Positions 43,131 through 64,000 of a stretch of DNA of 64,000 nucleotides are shown here, piece after piece. Below the pieces are notes generated by a model that was given only the letters and a program-made list of their open reading frames with translations, was not told where the DNA came from and made no database searches. The stretch is from Strigamia acuminata (lineage: Eukaryota), in NCBI GenBank assembly GCA_949358305.1, contig OX442314.1, forward strand, positions 14,260,001-14,324,000, given 5' to 3'. Each line of letters opens with the position of its first letter. The stretch's first letter is position 1. A program made the translations under genes and the position numbers.

Positions 43131-44503
43131 GTATAGAGCAAGGCAAAATTTTTTCTTTGGTCCGGACAGCTTCCCCTTCCGGAATCCGGACAAAACGATG
43201 TGTCCCATGTAGGAAGAAATTGCTGTGAAGTCCGGACAAAAACCAATAATGCCAATTTTCTAATGAAACAAAAAGAATTAAAAGCACTAAAATTTAAATA
43301 AAAAATTAATTTATTGCAGGTTTACTAGGGTTGGTAAAGGAAATTTGCGTTAAAGGTACCGTTACGCCATGTGCACGTATGTTACGTAATGTGCATTTTA
43401 ATTTAAATCACAGCACGAAACAAGCCGTTTTATTCCATCCGAAGGATTTAGATTACCTTTGTTTAATCGGTAATTTTTTTTATTTTGTTTAATTAATTGT
43501 GAAGTAATTTTGTGAAATACCGGTAACTATTTCTTAGGTGATAAATCATCGGTTTTAGACATTGACAATCCAGACCTTGAAAAATATCCCAATTTCCGAA
43601 AAGCAACGAGATACGAATGTTTTATGGAACCCGGCGACATTTTGTACATTCCTGGTAACTAAAACTAACTATATAAATTGAACATAGTTTGAATTTCCAA
43701 TATTTATTCAATTTTTAGCTTTATGGTTTCATAATGTTTTAGCCAAAATGCCTGCTGTGGCTGTCAATGCATTTTGGTACAACTTGGAGCGTTTAAATTA
43801 TGATAAATGCGACATATATGGCAACAAAGATTTTCCCGTAGCAGTACAAGCAAATCAATTAGTACAAAGAGCTATCAAAGCTTTAAATCCATTACCAAAC
43901 GAATATAGAGAGTTTTACAATCGCAGATTAATTAACACACTCAACCAAGAAATTTTAAAATTACAAATTGTTAATAATAATACGGTAATAAATTTAAAAT
44001 ATACTTAAACAAAAATTTGTCAGAGACTTCCAATGCCTGTATAAAATATAGTTGCATTTATATTTTATTGTGATGGAAGTTTACGAGGGATTAAAATAGT
44101 CGACTTTACAATTTTTGTTTTTGTTTGGACAATCTTAGTTTTAATTAATGGCCTATTTAAATTTTTTGTTTGGATAAAGGTGTACATTTTTATTCATTGA
44201 CTTATTGTAGGCCATTCCCATGTACTACATATTCTAGGTCTGATTGTACAAGACCCCATTTGTATTAAAATAATGATAAAAAAAATTAAAAATAAATCTC
44301 TCAATTGATTTTTCTGCTTTGAAGTAATTGAAAAGTTTGATTTACAACGGACAACACAAATTCACTTTTTTTGAAAATGATAATTTACAGCAATTTGTTC
44401 CTATTTTCCAATTACGTTAGAGATAAAAAGTTGGGAGTAAAAGATGAAATAAAAATTGTAAAAACTTTGCGATTTTCAAGACGTAATTTCTTTTAAACAT
44501 TAT

Positions 44504-45150
44504 TCATTCAAAGTTGACACCTCGTGACATTTTAGGCTTCTTGCTATAGGGATTGATGGGACTCAACCCTTGCCGGTGTTGAAAGTTGATGGGTCCTTTC
44601 TTTTTATGACCTTCCAAATCCATTAGTGGTTGGTCGTAGAACCCACGTTGATCGGACTGACGTTTCATCGGTTTCCTAACTTGCTTGGTAATGGTAAGCG
44701 TTTTTATTCTGTCGGCTAGATGGAAGAGGAGAGAGGATAATTCCCTAGACTTCATATTTTTGTCGACAGGCTTTAAAGTCAGATTTATTTTATTGTCATC
44801 CGTAAATAATTTTACGTCGTTGGAACGATTTATTTGCAGTTTATCCGCATCCAGATGATTTCTAAAAATGAAATTTTGTCAAATAAGACTGAAATGCGAC
44901 TACACACAGCTTTCGTTTACTTGAATTCAGATAAATACTGCTGTATTTGTATTTCTTTAAAAGCGATCAACGATTCCAGTTTGTGTTTAGTTAAAATTAA
45001 TTTCCAGACATTGTTGCCGTCCGAAGCGGACAATATCCATTCTGATTTCGAGTTTTCCGTCCGCCCGCAGATGATGAACGAGTCGTTTTTTGTAACTGTA
45101 ACAAAATCATCTAAGCAAAATTCTTTTGCCGTGTCGCAAATTGATAACGT
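44504..45150 (-). pseudogene. PAXX: PAXX copy 2: full open frame, but start codon is ACG and upstream region comes from the H1-like gene
   Basis: Both exons and splice sites present with only in-frame 6-nt indels; ATG>ACG at 45150-45148. Confidence 0.75.
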
Positions 45151-45579
45151 TTTTGATCCTGAGTTTCCGTGCTAGGATATTAGGAGAATTTAATTTGTTT
45201 TTATTATTTTTTAAAATATTTATTCGTTTTTATTAAAAATTATCGATGGGTTTTTGCTTTTACTAGTACCACAGACCTGTGCTAGTACTGAGGGTGAGGA
45301 CCGATTGCTACTTGATCTGCACGGAGTTGAATTTCGGAATGCAATATTCGCCACCGAAGAAATAAAATTCATAGTTCTAAATGCCTAAACTATAACATTC
45401 AACTCATTAACATTCGAGTAATACGAGCTGAGACTGCAAATACTCACTTTTGCTCTTGAAATTTAAAGTTCTATTGCCTCGAATTCATTATTGTCAAAAA
45501 ATCAACGGCTTATTCCCCTATTAGAACAACCACGGCCGTAACGAAAACGTGCGATTTTTAGCACGAGATTTTCTGTCGT
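45151..45579 (-). repeat. Duplicate of the H1-like gene 5' UTR/promoter region (48523-about 48908)
   Basis: TTTTGATCCTGAGTTT...GTGCGATTTTTAGCACGAGAT is shared with the sequence immediately upstream of the H1-like ATG. Confidence 0.9.
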
Positions 45580-45885
45580 CCAGATGATTTCTAAAACTGA
45601 AATTTTGTCAAATAAGAATAAAATACGACTACACATGGCTTTCGTTTATTTGAACTCGGAAAAATACTGCTGTATTTGATTTTTTTTAGAAGCGATCAAC
45701 GATTCCAGTTCTTGTTTAGTTAAAATTAATTTCCAGACATTGTTAATGTCCGAAGCGGACAATATCCAGTCTGCTTTCGAGTTTTCCGTCTCCCCGCAGA
45801 TAATATAATTGTACGAGTCGTTTTTTGTAACTGTAACAAAATTATCGAAACAAAATTCTTTTGCCGCGTCGCAAATTGATAACAT
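45580..45885 (-). pseudogene. PAXX: PAXX copy 3, 3'-truncated
   Basis: Native promoter, exon 1 and intron are present, but only about 12 nt of exon 2 before the sequence runs into the H1-upstream duplicate and an early stop. Confidence 0.85.
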
Positions 45886-46069
45886 GTTTGAAATATACGA
45901 TTCCTATGTAAAATAAAATTGTGGATTAAAAACATTAAGTCGCCATTTTTTGTAAGCAATTAACAGCAGCGGTTTTAAAATGCAACTTTGCTATTTCAGC
46001 AATAGAGGGAACCTAAATCGAAACTCAATCAACATCCGAGTACTATCGTCTTGATTTAAGTTTTAGAAA

Positions 46070-47405
46070 ATGTGCTCTTCTTCGTGCGAAGTTGCTACTT
46101 ATTTTAATGTTACTGAAGAGAAATTTCGAATGGAGATACAGGAAAAGGTATTTGATCGTTTTCCCACAATTGGTGTATAAAATGATTAATAATTATATTT
46201 TTTTTTTAGCGAGAACCTGCACTGCTAAAACAAGTTGATATAGGTCCATGCGTTCATAAGTGGACATTTGATTATTTAATGAAAAATGCTGGTAACGACG
46301 AAGTGAAAGTTCACGTTAGCACAATACCAGAAATGGATTTCATTAATAAGAATTTTATATATAGGTATTTATATACAGATGTTTATTATTGAAGCACGAT
46401 AAAATAGCAGAAACTTTTGTTTAGATCATTACCATTCGCTGAACTCATCAGACGAGTCCATGAAAAAAATCAAACCGATTATTTTTTAGACCCAGTAAGT
46501 ATGTCGGCCATTTTCAGCCCTGAAATCAATTTTGTAATATTTTATTTTATTCCTTTTTGTTAGAATGAAAAATACTATCTTCGTTCTCTCGGCGATAATG
46601 CACGAAAAGATGTGGCGAATATTAAATCTCAATTTCCAAATCTGGCGGACGATGTTCATATTCCTAATTTTTTTAATGCCGAGCAATTTTTCTCGAGCGT
46701 GTTCAGAATTTCGTCCCCCGGACTTCGCTTGTGGACTCATTACGATGTAAATTTTCGTAATTTATGAATTCATCTTGATAATTAATTTGATTTAAATGTT
46801 TTTAGATCATGGACAACATTTTAATTCAAATCACAGGCACGAAACAAGTAGTTTTATTCCATCCGAAGGATTTAGATTACCTTTATTTAATCGGTAATAT
46901 TTTTTATTTTGTTTAATTAATCGTGAAGTAATTTTCTGAAATACCGGCAACTATTTCTTAGGCGATAAATCATCGGTTTTAGATATTGACAATCCAGACC
47001 TCGAAAAATATCCCAATTTCCGAAAAGCAACGAGATACGAATGTTCTATGGAACCCGGCGACATTTTGTATATTCCCGGTAACTAAAACTAACTATATAA
47101 ATTGAACATAGTTTGAATTTCCAATATTTATTCAATTTTTAGCTTTATGGTTTCACAATGTTTTAGCCAAAATGCCTGCTGTGGCTGTCAATGCATTTTG
47201 GTACAACTTGGAGCGTTTAAATTATGATAAATGCGACATTTATGGCAACAAAGATTTTCCCGTAGCAGTACAAGCGAATCAACTAGTGCAAAGAGCTATC
47301 AAAGCTTTAAATCCATTACCAAACGAATATAGAGAGTTTTACTATCGCAGACTAATCAACACACTCAACCAAGAAATTTTTAAAATTACAAATTGTGAGT
47401 TATAA
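46070..47405 (+). CDS. TYW5: tRNA wybutosine-synthesizing protein 5 (JmjC hydroxylase), 7 exons, 317 aa
   Basis: Exons 46070-46147, 46210-46364, 46425-46494, 46564-46746, 46806-46893, 46962-47078 and 47143-47405 join in frame. Motifs [42 protein letters not shown]. Confidence 0.95.
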
Positions 47406-47580
47406 TAATAAAAAATTTAAAATATAATAAAAAATTGAAATATAATAATAAAAAAAGTTAAATATATTTAAACAAAAAGTTCGTAATTTCATCGTCTCTG
47501 GTTATTGTACTATTTTATATAGATTTTGAATTTTTAATTACGTTACAGTTTACAAGCATTTAAAATGAAACAGGAAAGTT

Positions 47581-48522
47581 TTAACTGTTGCGACTTTTGG
47601 CGCGGTTTTTACTATGCGGAGCTGGAGTTTCCTTTTTCTGTTTTCCTCCGAGCCTCACCGACGAATCGCCCAACTTGGGGTGTCGATCCCGATTCGAGGG
47701 CCTGCCACGCTTAACATCGGTCTTTGGAATTTGCCGAATTCCCTTGGGTGTTTTCAATTGGCGGTGGCCGACCGGTGTAACAAAACTCACAATTCGTCGC
47801 GAAGACGACCGATGGATGATTCCTTTCGTTGGGTCACTTTTGAATCGACTCGACTTGAATGAATTTTTCGTGTTCGGCTTAAACGAATGAATCATCGAGA
47901 AGTTTCGTGCAGGGACCCTACTTGGGCGAGTTCCAACGCTGTGTCGGATGAAACTTCCGCCGCTGTACTGATCGAACTTTTTGTGTTGTTGTTTCAACGC
48001 CTGGCTCAGCTTGAAAGCGCCGTTGCCTCCCTGGCCTCGGTACTGAACCAAATCGCCTCTGTTGACGGCTTTGCGCAAATAGCGCTTGACGTAAGGTGAG
48101 TATTTGCCTTCGTCCAAGTCGTATGTGGAAACCACGTACTTTCGGATGGCTTCGGCCGAAGATCCTTTGCGGTCTTTCAAGTGCAGGATGGCGTTTTGCA
48201 CCATTTCGCCGATGCTCGGCAGCTTTCTTTCGGTCGAACTCGTGTTGCTCGAACTTTCGGTCTTGTGGATCTCGGTCTTGTGGTTTTCCGACTTGTCCTG
48301 TTTGTGTACTTCGGGCTTGTGCGATTCTTCGCTCATGTCGGTCCCTCTGTCGGTGGATTTTTCTTTCGAGCCGAGGGAGGGTCGGTACAATTTTTTGACG
48401 GATCGCTTGTTGCTTCGTGATATCGAAGTGATTGAATCTGAATCACTCCTGGAATCTTTGCGGTCTTCGGTTAAGTCGCATTCATCGGAAGGCTCGATTT
48501 CAGAATCGCTCGAATCGCTCAT
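47581..48522 (-). CDS. Linker histone H1-like variant, 313 aa
   Basis: H1/H5 globular domain (PSIGEMVQNAILHLKDRKGSSAEAIRKYV...GDLVQYRGQGGNGAFKL), acidic Ser-rich N-terminus, Arg/Lys-rich C-terminal tail; single coding exon. Confidence 0.88.
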   Translation of the reverse strand: MSDSSDSEIEPSDECDLTEDRKDSRSDSDSITSISRSNKRSVKKLYRPSLGSKEKSTDRGTDMSEESHKPEVHKQDKSENHKTEIHKTESSSNTSSTERKLPSIGEMVQNAILHLKDRKGSSAEAIRKYVVSTYDLDEGKYSPYVKRYLRKAVNRGDLVQYRGQGGNGAFKLSQALKQQHKKFDQYSGGSFIRHSVGTRPSRVPARNFSMIHSFKPNTKNSFKSSRFKSDPTKGIIHRSSSRRIVSFVTPVGHRQLKTPKGIRQIPKTDVKRGRPSNRDRHPKLGDSSVRLGGKQKKETPAPHSKNRAKSRNS

Positions 48523-49403
48523 TTTTGATCCTGAGTTTTCGTGCTAGGATTTTGGGAGAATTTTATTTATTTTTATGCAATTTTTGAAAACTTTTATTCG
48601 TTTTTATTAAACATTTACTAGTACTGAGGACCGCTTGCTACTTTTTCTGCTCTGAGCTGAATTTCGAAATGCAGCACTCGCCACTGAAGAAATAAAATTC
48701 ATAGTTCTAAATTCCTAAACTATAACATTAAAGTCATTAACATTCGAGTAATACGAGCTGAGACTGCAAATACTCACTTTTTCTCTTGAAATTTAAAGTT
48801 CTATTGCCTCGAATTCATTATTGTCAAAAAATAAACGACTTATTCCCATATTAGAACAACCACAGCCTTTCGAAAACGTGCGATTTTTAGCACGAGATCT
48901 TTTGTCATGGCAACAAGTTAAACAACATTTTAGTTTGAAATTCGCGCCACAACTTCAAAATCTTAAGCCTATTTTTAATAAACAGGATGTCGGGCCTATA
49001 AATATATTTTTTTCTTATAAACATTTTTATTAAAAACTGTTTATTAAAAAAATATTTTGAAACTTAATATTTTCCTTTTTTTTTAAAATTTAGAGTTCAA
49101 GTATGACTTGAGGAAATTTATTTGAGTGATAAAAGAAATCTCTAGGAACTACTATCACTGCAAGGATGTATAAAGTAAGGAATGACTAAGTTTGTGTTAT
49201 GACTCATCGCTACAAGAGGTCTCTGGGTGGCGCAGTTTATTTCCGTTTTGCGGCACTAGTCGAGTCGCGACATTCACAATCTTGGCTCATCGGCAACGGG
49301 TAGATTTGCTGTGGCTGGATTTGTAGTGCTGTACCTCTCCGTTATTTGATCACTGCACTTGCTTGGTTTTGGATTTATACTATGTAATATTCACCCCGCA
49401 ATC

Positions 49404-64000
<14,597 letters not shown>

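Larger units (their letters stand above)
42662..43393. mobile_element. Truncated non-autonomous DNA-transposon-like insertion in the TYW5 pseudogene
   Basis: Absent from the paralogous intron in unit B. Starts TA|CAGTG (Tc1/mariner-like end), has repeated TCCGGACA motifs, and replaces about 30 bp of host sequence. No matching right TIR. Confidence 0.65.
41961..44008 (+). pseudogene. TYW5: TYW5 pseudogene (unit A)
   Basis: Relative to 46070-47405: a 2-nt deletion near 42200 gives TAG at 42203; the exon 3 acceptor is AG>AT at 42300-42301; a TE insertion removes the exon 5 acceptor and first codons; there is a further 1-nt deletion in exon 5. Confidence 0.9.
40651..44016. repeat. Tandem segmental duplication, unit A (PAXX + TYW5)
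   Basis: Sequence starting AGAGACTTCCAATGCC at 40651 recurs at 44022, and high similarity continues through both genes. Confidence 0.93.
44022..47478. repeat. Tandem segmental duplication, unit B (rearranged PAXX + intact TYW5)
   Basis: Paralogous to 40651-44016; the right end is approximate (AT-rich). Confidence 0.9.

Overview
AT-rich animal genomic DNA with many short introns, probably from an invertebrate such as an arthropod. From left to right: about 9 kb that looks like a long intron of an unidentified minus-strand gene; XRCC3; two tRNA-Asp(GTC) genes; a complete, apparently very young 14.9-kb Ty3/Gypsy LTR retrotransposon on the minus strand (1005-bp LTRs, 4-bp TSD ACTG, gag and pol joined by a -1 frameshift signal, plus a 1015-aa third ORF that does not look like Env); a par-1/MARK kinase gene with two duplicated, probably mutually exclusive UBA exons; a tandem duplication of a head-to-head PAXX/TYW5 pair with reciprocal decay, including a PAXX copy fused at its start codon to the upstream region of a linker-histone gene; an H1-like variant gene; and the 5' part of a MyTH4-type unconventional myosin with a candidate U12 intron and a MITE. 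Gene identities come from my recognition of protein motifs; no database searches were run.
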